Below are positions 38,138 through 45,952 of a stretch of 64,000 bases of DNA, in pieces. Where the stretch lies: positions 445,918 to 509,917 of the forward strand of contig CBDFLS010000001.1 in NCBI GenBank assembly GCA_965249185.1. The letters run 5' to 3'. The DNA is from Dehalococcoidia bacterium (lineage in GTDB: Bacteria > Chloroflexota > Dehalococcoidia > Lucifugimonadales > Australimonadaceae). The notes beneath the pieces were generated by a model that was not told the origin of the DNA, did not search any database, and saw only the letters and a list, made by a program, of their open reading frames with translations. Position numbers and translations under genes: made by a program. Positions within the stretch are counted from its first letter, which is position 1. The number at the start of each line of letters is the position of its first letter.

Positions 38138-39550
38138 ATGCGTACGAAAAGCACCTCCTCCACCCCAGCTTCCGCCTACGCCTCGGCGCTACGGCGGCTG
38201 CTGAGCCTGGTGGACTTCGAGCGCATGACGGGCATAGGCGCTCCCCTGCTGAAACAGGACCTAGCCCGCGTGGAGGAGCTGATGCGCCGGCTGGGGAACC
38301 CCCAGGGGTGCGCCCCGGTAGTGCATATCGCCGGCACCAAAGGCAAGGGGAGCGTGGCCGCGATGGTGGCCAGCATCCTGCGGGCCGCCGGACTGCGCAC
38401 CGGGCTCTTCACCTCTCCACACCTCTACACGTTCCGCGAGCGCATTCGTTTGGACTGCAAGCCGGTGTCGGAGGAGCTCTTCGCTCACGAGCTGGACCGC
38501 GTCTGGCCGGCGGTGGAGGCGATGGGCGTTGCCGGCAGCGATAGCCGGCCCACCACCTTCGAAACGCTGACGGCCATGGCCTTCGACCTCTTTCGCGAGC
38601 AGCAGGTGGACGTGCAGGTGATCGAAGTCGGCTTGGGCGGGCGGCTCGACTCCACGAACGTAGCCCACGGCGATGTGGCGGTCATCACGTCTCTGAGCCT
38701 GGACCACACCGCCATTCTGGGCAATACGCTGGCCCAAATAGCCGCGGAGAAGGCGGGCATCATCAAGCCCGGCGCCCGGGTGGTGCTGGCGCCTCAGCCG
38801 TCCGAAGCAGCAGAGGTGGTGCTCAACCGGTGCGGCGAGCAAGGGGCGTCGGTGCTGCGCCTGGGCCACGAGGTGACTTGGCGGCCCGGGAGCTTCGATC
38901 TGCGGGGTCAGGAGCTGCGGGTGACCACACCCCTCCGCGTATACGGTCTATCGGTGCCCCTTTTGGGCGACCACCAGCGGGAGAATGCGGCCGCGGCCGT
39001 GGCGGCGGTAGAAGCGCTGGGGATGGACGTGAGCGCGGACGCGGTGGCCCAGGGGCTGCGCGCCGTGGAGTGGCCGGGAAGGTTCCAGGTGCTCTCCACC
39101 GACCCCGATGTGGTGGTGGACGGCGCCCACAACCCCCACTCCATGGCCCGGCTGCGCCAGACGGCGCTGGAGTATTTCTCCCCCGGGAAAACGATTGTGG
39201 TGTTCGGCTGCGGCACGGACAAGGACCTGGCGGGCATGGTGACGGAGCTGGCGCCCATCGCTCAACAGGCCGTGGTATGCGCCTCCCGCCACCCCAAGAC
39301 GGTGCCCCCCTCGCGCCTCCAAGAAGTGTTCCGGCGGGCCGGAGTAGCGGCCCAGATAGCGCCGGGAGTGCCGGGTGCGCTGAGCACGGCCCTGGCCCTA
39401 GCGGAGCCCAATGACCTGGTGCTGATCACCGGCTCCCTGTTCGTGGTTGCCGAGACGCTGGAGACCTGGTATGGAATTCCCGCGGAGCGGTACCCGGAGC
39501 TGGAGGTCCCGAAGGCGGCCACTCCCGAGGCGATGGTGCAGAGCCCATGA
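38138..39550 (+). CDS. folC: folylpolyglutamate synthase / dihydrofolate synthase
   Basis: Start moved to the ATG at 38138, after the upstream stop. HIAGTKGKGS P-loop and Mur-ligase layout. Confidence 0.85.
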   Translation: MRTKSTSSTPASAYASALRRLLSLVDFERMTGIGAPLLKQDLARVEELMRRLGNPQGCAPVVHIAGTKGKGSVAAMVASILRAAGLRTGLFTSPHLYTFRERIRLDCKPVSEELFAHELDRVWPAVEAMGVAGSDSRPTTFETLTAMAFDLFREQQVDVQVIEVGLGGRLDSTNVAHGDVAVITSLSLDHTAILGNTLAQIAAEKAGIIKPGARVVLAPQPSEAAEVVLNRCGEQGASVLRLGHEVTWRPGSFDLRGQELRVTTPLRVYGLSVPLLGDHQRENAAAAVAAVEALGMDVSADAVAQGLRAVEWPGRFQVLSTDPDVVVDGAHNPHSMARLRQTALEYFSPGKTIVVFGCGTDKDLAGMVTELAPIAQQAVVCASRHPKTVPPSRLQEVFRRAGVAAQIAPGVPGALSTALALAEPNDLVLITGSLFVVAETLETWYGIPAERYPELEVPKAATPEAMVQSP

Positions 39551-40812
39551 CTGAGCTTCTACGCAACGGCAGAAGGCGAGTGGTGGCCACCGGCATGGGC
39601 GCCGTCACACCACTGGGTCGAAATGTGGAGTCGTTCTGGGATGGCCTGGCCCAGGGACGCTCAGGCATCGGGCCGATGACGCTCTGCGACCCCACGGACT
39701 TTCCCTGCCGGATAGCCGGCGAGGTGAAGGGCTTTGACCCGCAGGAACACATGGATCGGCGGGAGGCCAGGCGGATGGCCCGCTTCTCGCAGTTGGCCGT
39801 CGCGGCTACTCAGGAGGCCTTCGGGAACGCCCGGCTGGAGTCAGCGAAGGTGAACTCCGAGCGAGTAGGTGTGCTGCTGGGCAACGGCAACGGCGGGTTC
39901 CCGACCATCGAGGAGGGCGTCCGGGTGCTGGCGGCTGGAAACGGCATGAAGATCAGTCCCTTCTTCTTCCCCATGATCCTGCCGAACATGGCGGCGGCCA
40001 ATGTGAGCAGGGTCTTCGGCGCCAAGGGTTTCAGCAGCACGGTGACCACGGCCTGCGCCGCCGCCACCCAGGCCATCGGCGAGGCGGCGGAGGTGATCCG
40101 CCGGGGCGCGGCGGATGTGATGCTCACCGGCGGCACGGAGGCGGGGATCAGCCAGTTGGGGCTGGCCGGCTTTGCCGTCATGCGGGCCCTCAGCACCCTT
40201 AGAAATGAGACACCGGAGCTGGCCAGCCGGCCCTTCGATGCCGAACGCGACGGCTTCGTGCCGGCCGAGGGCGCGGGCATAATTGTGCTGGAGGGCCTGG
40301 ACCACGCCCTGCGCAGGGACGCCCCTATCCTGGCGGAGGTCCTCGGCTTCGGCTGCTCCTCCGACGCCTACCACTCCTTCCAGCCCGACAGCGACGGCGA
40401 CGGGGCCAGCCGCGCCATCCGCTGGACCCTTGAGGACGCGGGCGTAGGCCCCCACCAGGTGGACTACATCAACGCCCACGGCACTTCCACTCCCCTGAAC
40501 GACGCCTCGGAGACCGCCGCCATCAAACGGGCCTTCGGCGACCTGGCCTACCGAGTCCCGGTCAGCTCCACGAAGTCGATGATCGGCCACGCTTTGGGCG
40601 GAGCGGGCGGCATGGAGGCCATCGCCTGCATCAAGACGATCCTGGACGGCGTCATGCACCCGACGGTCAATCTCCATAACCCGGACCCCGCCTGCGACCT
40701 GGACTATATCCCGAACGTGGCCAGGCACGGACGCGTGGAACGCGCGCTCTCCAACAGCTTCGGGTTCGGCGGGCAGAACGCCTGCTTGCTGCTGGGCGCG
40801 TACCATCCATAG
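39547..40812 (+). CDS. fabF: beta-ketoacyl-ACP synthase II
   Basis: 421 aa; TACAAATQAIG active-site Cys, INAHGTSTPLND, SFGFGGQN. Confidence 0.92.
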   Translation: MTELLRNGRRRVVATGMGAVTPLGRNVESFWDGLAQGRSGIGPMTLCDPTDFPCRIAGEVKGFDPQEHMDRREARRMARFSQLAVAATQEAFGNARLESAKVNSERVGVLLGNGNGGFPTIEEGVRVLAAGNGMKISPFFFPMILPNMAAANVSRVFGAKGFSSTVTTACAAATQAIGEAAEVIRRGAADVMLTGGTEAGISQLGLAGFAVMRALSTLRNETPELASRPFDAERDGFVPAEGAGIIVLEGLDHALRRDAPILAEVLGFGCSSDAYHSFQPDSDGDGASRAIRWTLEDAGVGPHQVDYINAHGTSTPLNDASETAAIKRAFGDLAYRVPVSSTKSMIGHALGGAGGMEAIACIKTILDGVMHPTVNLHNPDPACDLDYIPNVARHGRVERALSNSFGFGGQNACLLLGAYHP

Positions 40813-40844
40813 GCCATAGGAAGGGCCATAGGCCATAGGAAGCG
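40807..40844 (+). repeat. 2 x 19-bp tandem repeat (each holding CCATAGG twice) across the fabF stop codon
   Basis: ccataggccataggaaggg / ccataggccataggaagcg read directly. Confidence 0.85.
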
Positions 40845-40921
40845 CCAATTCCCAATCCGCGGCATGGGCGCCCGACCGCTTGCCCTAGCGAGGCCCTTTA
40901 CGCTGTTCGTGGACTATTGAT

Positions 40922-41158
40922 ATGATGGATGCCATGAACAGCACCGCAACCCTGGTCCTCTACACCCACCCGGACTGCTCCTACTCCTCCGCGGCCAAAG
41001 AAGAGCTGGACCAGCAGCAAGCCGCCTACCATGAGATAGACGTGACGATCCATCCCGAGGCGGTGGCAGAGCTGATGCGGCTGACCGGGGGCGAGCGCAT
41101 CACCCCCGTGATAGTCGAGGGGGAGAAGGTCACGGTGGGGTTCCGGGGCGGTGGCTGA
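40922..41158 (+). CDS. glutaredoxin/NrdH-like small redox protein, monothiol CSYS site
   Basis: 78 aa; LYTHPDCSYSSAAKEEL...ITPVIVEG...VGF glutaredoxin-fold pattern. Confidence 0.6.
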   Translation: MMDAMNSTATLVLYTHPDCSYSSAAKEELDQQQAAYHEIDVTIHPEAVAELMRLTGGERITPVIVEGEKVTVGFRGGG

Positions 41159-41206
41159 AACTTCTAGTCCGGAGCGGGCCGTGGGCCCGCCCCAAGCGCG
41201 GTGCGC

Positions 41207-41285
41207 GGCCCGGTGGTGTAGCCTGGTTTAACACACCTCCCTGTCAAGGAGGAGATCGCCGGTTCGAATCCGGTCCGGGTCGCCA
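41207..41285 (+). tRNA. tRNA-Asp(GUC): tRNA-Asp (anticodon GUC), CCA encoded
   Basis: Hand-folded cloverleaf: acceptor GGCCCGG/CCGGGTC, D stem GTGT/ACAC, anticodon stem CCTCC/GGAGG with loop CTGTCAA, T arm GCCGG-TTCGAAT-CCGGT, G73, CCA. Confidence 0.9.
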
Positions 41286-41309
41286 GCTTGGACAACCGAA
41301 TACAAAAGT

Positions 41310-41340
41310 GCCCGCCCAGTGTTGACAGCACCGGACGGGC
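41310..41340. promoter_or_regulatory. 31-bp dyad-symmetric box (P-box copy 1) containing TTGACA
   Basis: GCCCGCCCAGTGTTGACAGCACCGGACGGGC; 24 nt identical to copy 2; lies about 18 nt upstream of an RBS and small-TM gene. Confidence 0.4.
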
Positions 41341-41357
41341 GAAGAACGGAGGCCCCC

Positions 41358-41564
41358 GTGAAAGGAACTCCACAGAAGATTATAGCAGCCTTCGGGGTAT
41401 TGCTTCTACTTACGATAGGGACAGCAATCGGTGGGCCGATTCTGGTCAGTATGCAGCCAAGCGAAATGAAGGCGGTCACGACGGCTGGGGTCGTGATAGC
41501 TCCGTTGGCAATTGGTGCGGGCGGAGCGTACGGCTTGTTGAGGAAAATGATGAAGGGAAGGTGA
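41358..41564 (+). CDS. small 2-TM membrane protein; C-terminal half is 'S' repeat copy 1
   Basis: GGAGG then GTG at 41358; KGTPQKIIAAFGVLLLLTIG...MKAVTTAGVVIAPLAIGAGGAYGLLRKMMKGR. Confidence 0.55.
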   Translation: MKGTPQKIIAAFGVLLLLTIGTAIGGPILVSMQPSEMKAVTTAGVVIAPLAIGAGGAYGLLRKMMKGR

Positions 41565-41568
41565 AGCT

Positions 41569-41901
41569 ATGGTACGTGCTCGCTCGCCGGTGATACAACC
41601 GGAAGCAGCCCCATCCCTTCGGGACCGAGTGGCCCGAATCAGGGCTGTGAAAGAGGCGGAGATGGTCTTGGCCATAGAGCAGGAACTCCCACCAAAGGGA
41701 ACCCCAATCACCATGCGGGCAGGCGGTGAGAAATACGGCATCGCTGGCAATACGGTGGCCAATTGGGTGCGCTATGGCTTCGTCAGCGTTCTCACGCCAG
41801 GGAAGGGCCAGGGTTCCAAAACGCACGTGGACGAATACGATATAGCTAGAATTGTGGCGACGCAAGACGTTAGCCAAGGGAAAAGGACTAAGGCCCCATA
41901 A
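41569..41901 (+). CDS. excisionase/MerR-type (HTH_17-like) small DNA-binding protein, paralogue H1
   Basis: 110 aa; coiled N-terminus RVARIRAVKEAEMV, HTH ...EKYGIAGNTVANWVRYGFVSVL, wing PGKGQGSKTHVDEYD. Confidence 0.65.
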   Translation: MVRARSPVIQPEAAPSLRDRVARIRAVKEAEMVLAIEQELPPKGTPITMRAGGEKYGIAGNTVANWVRYGFVSVLTPGKGQGSKTHVDEYDIARIVATQDVSQGKRTKAP

Positions 41902-42024
41902 ATGAAGGCGGTCACGACGGCTGGGGTCGTGATAGCTCCGTTGGCAATTGGTGCGGGCGGAGCGTACGGCTTGTTGAGGACAATGATGAAGGGACTGAAT
42001 AGAGAATTGCCCGCCCAGTGTTGA
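41902..42024 (+). CDS. 'S' repeat copy 2: 40-aa single-TM peptide
   Basis: MKAVTTAGVVIAPLAIGAGGAYGLLRTMMKGLNRELPAQC; its ATG abuts the H1 stop; its 3' end runs into P-box 2. Confidence 0.4.
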   Translation: MKAVTTAGVVIAPLAIGAGGAYGLLRTMMKGLNRELPAQC

Positions 42025-42039
42025 CAGCACCAGGCGGGC
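42009..42039. promoter_or_regulatory. 31-bp dyad-symmetric box (P-box copy 2)
   Basis: GCCCGCCCAGTGTTGACAGCACCAGGCGGGC; outer 7-bp arms are perfect complements, 12/15 dyad matches overall. Confidence 0.4.
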
Positions 42040-42057
42040 GGCACCAGGAGGCCCAAC

Positions 42058-42255
42058 TTGGAAAAGGCCCTGGAAAGAGTAATCATAGCAGGTGCCATCC
42101 TCTTTGCGCTAGCGGCGGCCTTTGTAATCACTATGGTTGTGGGCCTAGCGGATAACCTAACAGGGAAAGCGGTGGCAGGCATTGTATTGGGGAGCATCGG
42201 GGGGGTGCTGGTGGCGGTGTGGATGATAGTCGGAGACCGGTTCAGAGACCGATGA
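42058..42255 (+). CDS. small 2-TM membrane protein
   Basis: AGGAGG then TTG start; EKALERVIIAGAILFALAAAFVITMVVG...IVLGSIGGVLVAVWMIV. Confidence 0.55.
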   Translation: MEKALERVIIAGAILFALAAAFVITMVVGLADNLTGKAVAGIVLGSIGGVLVAVWMIVGDRFRDR

Positions 42256-42310
42256 AAAAGACTCTGGCGGCAATCAGCGTTTGGAATATCCATAACTGGC
42301 GGTAGTAGCT

Positions 42311-42646
42311 ATGGTACGTGCTCGCTCGCCGGTGATACAACCGGAAGCAGCCCCATCCCTTCGGGACCGAGTGGCCCGAATCAGGGCTGTGAAAGAGGCG
42401 GAGATGGTCTTGGCCATAGAGCAGGAACTCCCACCAAAGGGCACGCCGATCACAATGAATCGGGCGGCGATGAAATACGGCATTACACCGCCCACGGTGA
42501 GGAACTGGGTGAGGTACGGGTTCTTAACCGTGCTGAAACCCGGCAAAGGTCAGGGCTCCGCAACCTACGTGGACGAATATGACGTGGCCAAGATCATAGC
42601 CACCCAGGACGTGGGTCCGGGGAAGAGGATAAAGCCGCATAAATGA
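42311..42646 (+). CDS. excisionase/MerR-type HTH protein, paralogue H2
   Basis: First about 130 nt identical to H1. C-terminal half differs (MKYGITPPTVRNWVRYGFLTVLKPGKGQGSATYVDEYD), largely at synonymous sites. Confidence 0.65.
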   Translation: MVRARSPVIQPEAAPSLRDRVARIRAVKEAEMVLAIEQELPPKGTPITMNRAAMKYGITPPTVRNWVRYGFLTVLKPGKGQGSATYVDEYDVAKIIATQDVGPGKRIKPHK

Positions 42647-42741
42647 AGGCGGTCACGACGGCTGGGGTCGTGATAGCTCCGTTGGCAATTGGTGCGGGCG
42701 GAGCGTACGGCTTCTTGAGGACAATGATGAAGGGAAGGTGA
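42643..42741 (+). CDS. 'S' repeat copy 3: 32-aa single-TM peptide
   Basis: MKAVTTAGVVIAPLAIGAGGAYGFLRTMMKGR; ATG overlaps the H2 stop (AAATGA). Confidence 0.4.
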   Translation: MKAVTTAGVVIAPLAIGAGGAYGFLRTMMKGR

Positions 42742-42745
42742 AGCT

Positions 42746-43519
42746 ATGGTACGTGCCCGCGACCGGATGGTAGGATTGAAGGCAGGACCATCGCTACAGG
42801 AGCGCGTGGCCCGAATCAGGGCTGTGAAAGAGGCGGAGATGGTCTTGGCCGTAGAGCAGGAACTCCCACCAAAGGGCACGCCGATCACAATGAATCGGGC
42901 GGCGATGAAATACGGCATTACACCGCCCACGGTGGGGAACTGGGTGAGGTACGGGTTCTTAACCGTGCTGAAACCCGGCAAAGGTCAGGGCTCCGCAACC
43001 TACGTGGACGAATATGACGTGGCCAAGATCATAACCACCCAGGACGTGGGTCAGGGAAAGAGGACTAAGCCGCCAGGTCAATCACAACGAGTTAAAGTTG
43101 TCAATAGGGTACGTGCACGCGACCGGATGGTAGGATTGAAGGCAGGGCCATCGCTGCAGGAGCACGTGGCCCGAATCAGAGCCGTGAACGATGCGGAGGT
43201 GCGGGTCATCATCGGAGCGGAGATAGCGGAGTTCCATCATCACTTGGCCCAAATCATGGCTGTGAAAGAGGCGGAGATGGTCGTGGCCATAGATAAGGCA
43301 CTCCCACCAAAGGGCACGCCGATCACAATGAATCGGGCGGCGATGAAATACGGCATTACACCGCCCACGGTGGGGAACTGGGTGAGGTACGGGTTCTTAA
43401 CCGTGCTGAAACCCGGCAAAGGTCAGGGCTCCGCAACCTACGTGGACGAATACGACGTGGCCAAGATCATAGCCACCCAGGACGTGGGTCCGGGGAAGAG
43501 GATAAAGCCGCCAGTTTAA
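42746..43519 (+). CDS. fused double HTH protein (paralogues H3+H4 read through as one 257-aa ORF)
   Basis: Two complete H units with a variant N-terminus (MVRARDRMVGLKAGPSLQE...). H4 carries a 25-30 aa insertion. No stop between the units. Confidence 0.6.
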   Translation: MVRARDRMVGLKAGPSLQERVARIRAVKEAEMVLAVEQELPPKGTPITMNRAAMKYGITPPTVGNWVRYGFLTVLKPGKGQGSATYVDEYDVAKIITTQDVGQGKRTKPPGQSQRVKVVNRVRARDRMVGLKAGPSLQEHVARIRAVNDAEVRVIIGAEIAEFHHHLAQIMAVKEAEMVVAIDKALPPKGTPITMNRAAMKYGITPPTVGNWVRYGFLTVLKPGKGQGSATYVDEYDVAKIIATQDVGPGKRIKPPV

Positions 43520-43566
43520 CCACCGATGATAATCGATTGACACTTCTTAAAAGTTGTGATTGACTA

Positions 43567-43590
43567 GCGGGCGTCATGAGTGACGCCCGC
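43567..43590 (+). promoter_or_regulatory. perfect 10-bp hairpin enclosing the start codon of the 100-aa TM ORF
   Basis: GCGGGCGTCA-TGAG-TGACGCCCGC; the ATG at 43576 sits at the stem top and loop; identical copy at 46000..46023. Confidence 0.6.
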
Positions 43591-43878
43591 TTTGCTGTGT
43601 ATATCGTTGCGCTCGTGCTGTTGGCGATGGAGCAGCACTACGCGATGAAAGCCCTCCTTAAGTGGGTCCGCCCCAAAAAACGGGCAATCCGTTTCATAGG
43701 GGTCAACATAACGGCCATGCAACTCATCTCATGGTCAGCGTTCGTTTGGCTACTATGGTCAACGACGTTGAGCACCGAAGAGAAGCTGACAGTACTGGCG
43801 ATAGGGACAGCACTGGTCGGTGGCTTAATCATCTTTGTCTGGCGAATTATTCTGCCACATATCAGGGTGAGGCGCTGA
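43576..43878 (+). CDS. 100-aa 3-TM membrane protein, paralogue A
   Basis: MSDARFAVYIVALVLLAMEQHY...; hydrophobic periodicity conserved with paralogue B. Confidence 0.6.
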   Translation: MSDARFAVYIVALVLLAMEQHYAMKALLKWVRPKKRAIRFIGVNITAMQLISWSAFVWLLWSTTLSTEEKLTVLAIGTALVGGLIIFVWRIILPHIRVRR

Positions 43879-43904
43879 TCTCATGAGTGGCGCCCGTTTT
43901 TATT
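43871..43904 (+). terminator. rho-independent terminator-like hairpin plus T tract
   Basis: GGCGC...CTCATGAG...GCGCC followed by CGTTTTTATTAT; identical copy at 46304..46337. Confidence 0.5.
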
Positions 43905-44009
43905 ATCCCGAAGTCCTCCCGCTACGGTGGGCATCGTAACTTCGAACATACTGACCACCCAAACTCCGGACCAGTACGGGTCCAACGCAAGCGGTCGAAG
44001 GGCTGGCGC

Positions 44010-44263
44010 ATGCCGCCGAACACGGTCTATGTGGGAAGGCCCGGCATGTGGGGGAACCCATTCAAGGCAGGTCAGGCTTACCACTTCGGAGGCGGGCTGA
44101 TAGACAACCCCATCCTCGCCTTTAGGCTAACCATGACTAATGAGGCCGCTTGGCCGTACATGAAAAGGTGAGGGCCGCGCTGCGTGGCAAGAACCTGGCC
44201 TGCTGTTGCCCGCTGAACCAGCCGTGCCACGCCGACGTGCTGCTGGAGATCGCAAATGGGTAG
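44010..44263 (+). pseudogene. DUF4326-family protein with an apparent -1 frameshift near 44150
   Basis: MPPNTVYVGRPGMWGNPF... in frame 0. The family C-terminus VRAALRGKNLACCCPLNQPCHADVLLEIANG is in the -1 frame, open from 44144. Confidence 0.6.
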
Positions 44264-45764
44264 TGGCTTCAATTCGAAGGTGCATTGGACCAACGGCACG
44301 TCCACGCTGCTGCACGGCGACGCACGGGATCTCCCGCTGCCAGACGAGAGCGTGGGCTGCGTGGTCACCAGCCCGCCGTACTGGGGGCTGAGGGACTACG
44401 GGCTCCCGCACAGCGTATGGGGTGGCGATGCCGAGCCTGAGCACGAGTGGGAAAACGCCTCTTACCCGCGGCGATCCAACGATAACGGGACCACCGAGAA
44501 GCAACTGAGCAACCAGGGGGCCAACGAGCTTGACGTTCCTGTGCATCACCTCTTCTGCCCCTGCGGTGCATGGCAGGGGTGTCTCGGCTTGGAGCCCACG
44601 CCGGAACTATACGTCCAGCACATGGTTGAGGTGTTCCGCGAGGTGTGGCGGGTGCTGAAGCCCACGGGTACGGTGTGGCTGAACATGGGTGATAGCTACG
44701 CCAATGATGGTAAATGGGGAGGCTCGACCGGAGGGAAGTACGCTGCTGTCCTGCATGGGGAAACGGGGATAGGGCGGCAACGCGCCACTACCGGCCTTAA
44801 GCCAAAAGACCTCGTGGGCATCCCCTGGCGCGTGGCCTTCGCGCTCCAGGCCGACGGCTGGTGGCTCAGGAGCGACATCATCTGGTCGAAGCCCAACCCC
44901 ATGCCAGAGAGCGTGACCGACAGGCCCACCAAGAGCCATGAGTGCGTGTTCTTGCTCACGAAGGGCCAGCGATATTATTACGATGCGGAGGCGGTGAGGG
45001 AACGATGGGCGGATGGGCGTAACGGCCGCGATGGTGGCCGCGCCCCATCTCAGCGCAATCGGGGAGGCAGGGCCGATGGCTTCACAAAGCCAAGCGGTAT
45101 TGACCCATCATCCAACGGAGGTCGCAACCGCCGCTCCGTCTGGGACATCGCCACGCAGCCGATGGACTGGGAGATGTGCGAAGCCTGCGGGTGCATCTAC
45201 TCAGGTGCCCAGTATGGGCGGCTCCCGTTCGTTGAGTACCGCGTCTTGAACGTTGAGACGGAGGAGTGGGGGATCAAGGCGGCGAAGCAGTGCCGCCGGT
45301 GCAAGGGCTACGATGCCTGGATGAGCCACTTCGCCACGTTTCCTGAGAAGCTGGTCGAGCCGTGTGTCCTGGCCGGCAGCAGCGAGCGGGGCGTGTGCTC
45401 CGAGTGCGGGAAGCCTTGGGAACGATTGGTAGAGAAGAACCGCCATTTTGAGAGTGGGTCTGGACGTGCTGGTCACATGCCTGTCGGAAAGAATGGAGCA
45501 GGACTCCAAGGTGGTGGGGAAACATTGGACGTGCGGCGTGGCCCCGTAGTAAGCACCATCACCACCGGCTGGGCCGCCACCTGCGCCTGCGGGGCCCCTA
45601 CGGTGCCCGCTACGGTGCTGGACCCGTTCGCCGGGTCAGGGACAACGCTGCTGGTGGCGCAGCGGCTCGGCAAGCGGGCCGTGGGTGTGGAGCTGAGCGA
45701 GAAGTACCTGGCGCTGGCGCAAAAGAGGCTGGAGGCCGTATCGCTGCCGATGGTGCTGGCGTGA
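44256..45764 (+). CDS. beta-class N6-adenine/N4-cytosine DNA methyltransferase with internal Cys-rich insert
   Basis: Motif IV VVTSPPYWGLRDYG near the N-terminus, motif I DPFAGSGTT near the C-terminus; CEACGC...CRRCKG...CSECG cluster. No cognate nuclease seen. Confidence 0.88.
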   Translation: MGSGFNSKVHWTNGTSTLLHGDARDLPLPDESVGCVVTSPPYWGLRDYGLPHSVWGGDAEPEHEWENASYPRRSNDNGTTEKQLSNQGANELDVPVHHLFCPCGAWQGCLGLEPTPELYVQHMVEVFREVWRVLKPTGTVWLNMGDSYANDGKWGGSTGGKYAAVLHGETGIGRQRATTGLKPKDLVGIPWRVAFALQADGWWLRSDIIWSKPNPMPESVTDRPTKSHECVFLLTKGQRYYYDAEAVRERWADGRNGRDGGRAPSQRNRGGRADGFTKPSGIDPSSNGGRNRRSVWDIATQPMDWEMCEACGCIYSGAQYGRLPFVEYRVLNVETEEWGIKAAKQCRRCKGYDAWMSHFATFPEKLVEPCVLAGSSERGVCSECGKPWERLVEKNRHFESGSGRAGHMPVGKNGAGLQGGGETLDVRRGPVVSTITTGWAATCACGAPTVPATVLDPFAGSGTTLLVAQRLGKRAVGVELSEKYLALAQKRLEAVSLPMVLA

Positions 45765-45952
45765 ACGTGCTCAGTCTCTGCTCAGGCATCGGTGGCAATA
45801 CGGTGGCCAATTGGGTGCGCTATGGCTTCGTCAGCGTTCTCACGCCAGGGAAGGGCCAGGGTTCCAAAACGCATGTGGACGAATATGACGTGGCCAAGAG
45901 CATAGCCACCCAGGACGTGGGTCCGGGGAAGAGGATAAAGCCGCCAGTTTAA
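45761..45952 (+). pseudogene. chimeric ORF: first 12 codons of a C5-cytosine methyltransferase fused to an H-type HTH 3' part
   Basis: (M)NVLSLCSGIGG (motif I), then NTVANWVRYGFVSVLTPGKGQGSKTHVDEYD, nt-identical to H1, then VAKSIATQDVGPGKRIKPPV, H4-like. Confidence 0.7.

Larger units (their letters stand above)
43442..43961 (+). repeat. 520-bp direct repeat, copy A (period 2,433 bp)
   Basis: Aligned by eye to 45875..46394. Covers the H-gene 3' end, an AT-rich spacer, the 100-aa TM ORF and the terminator. Confidence 0.85.
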
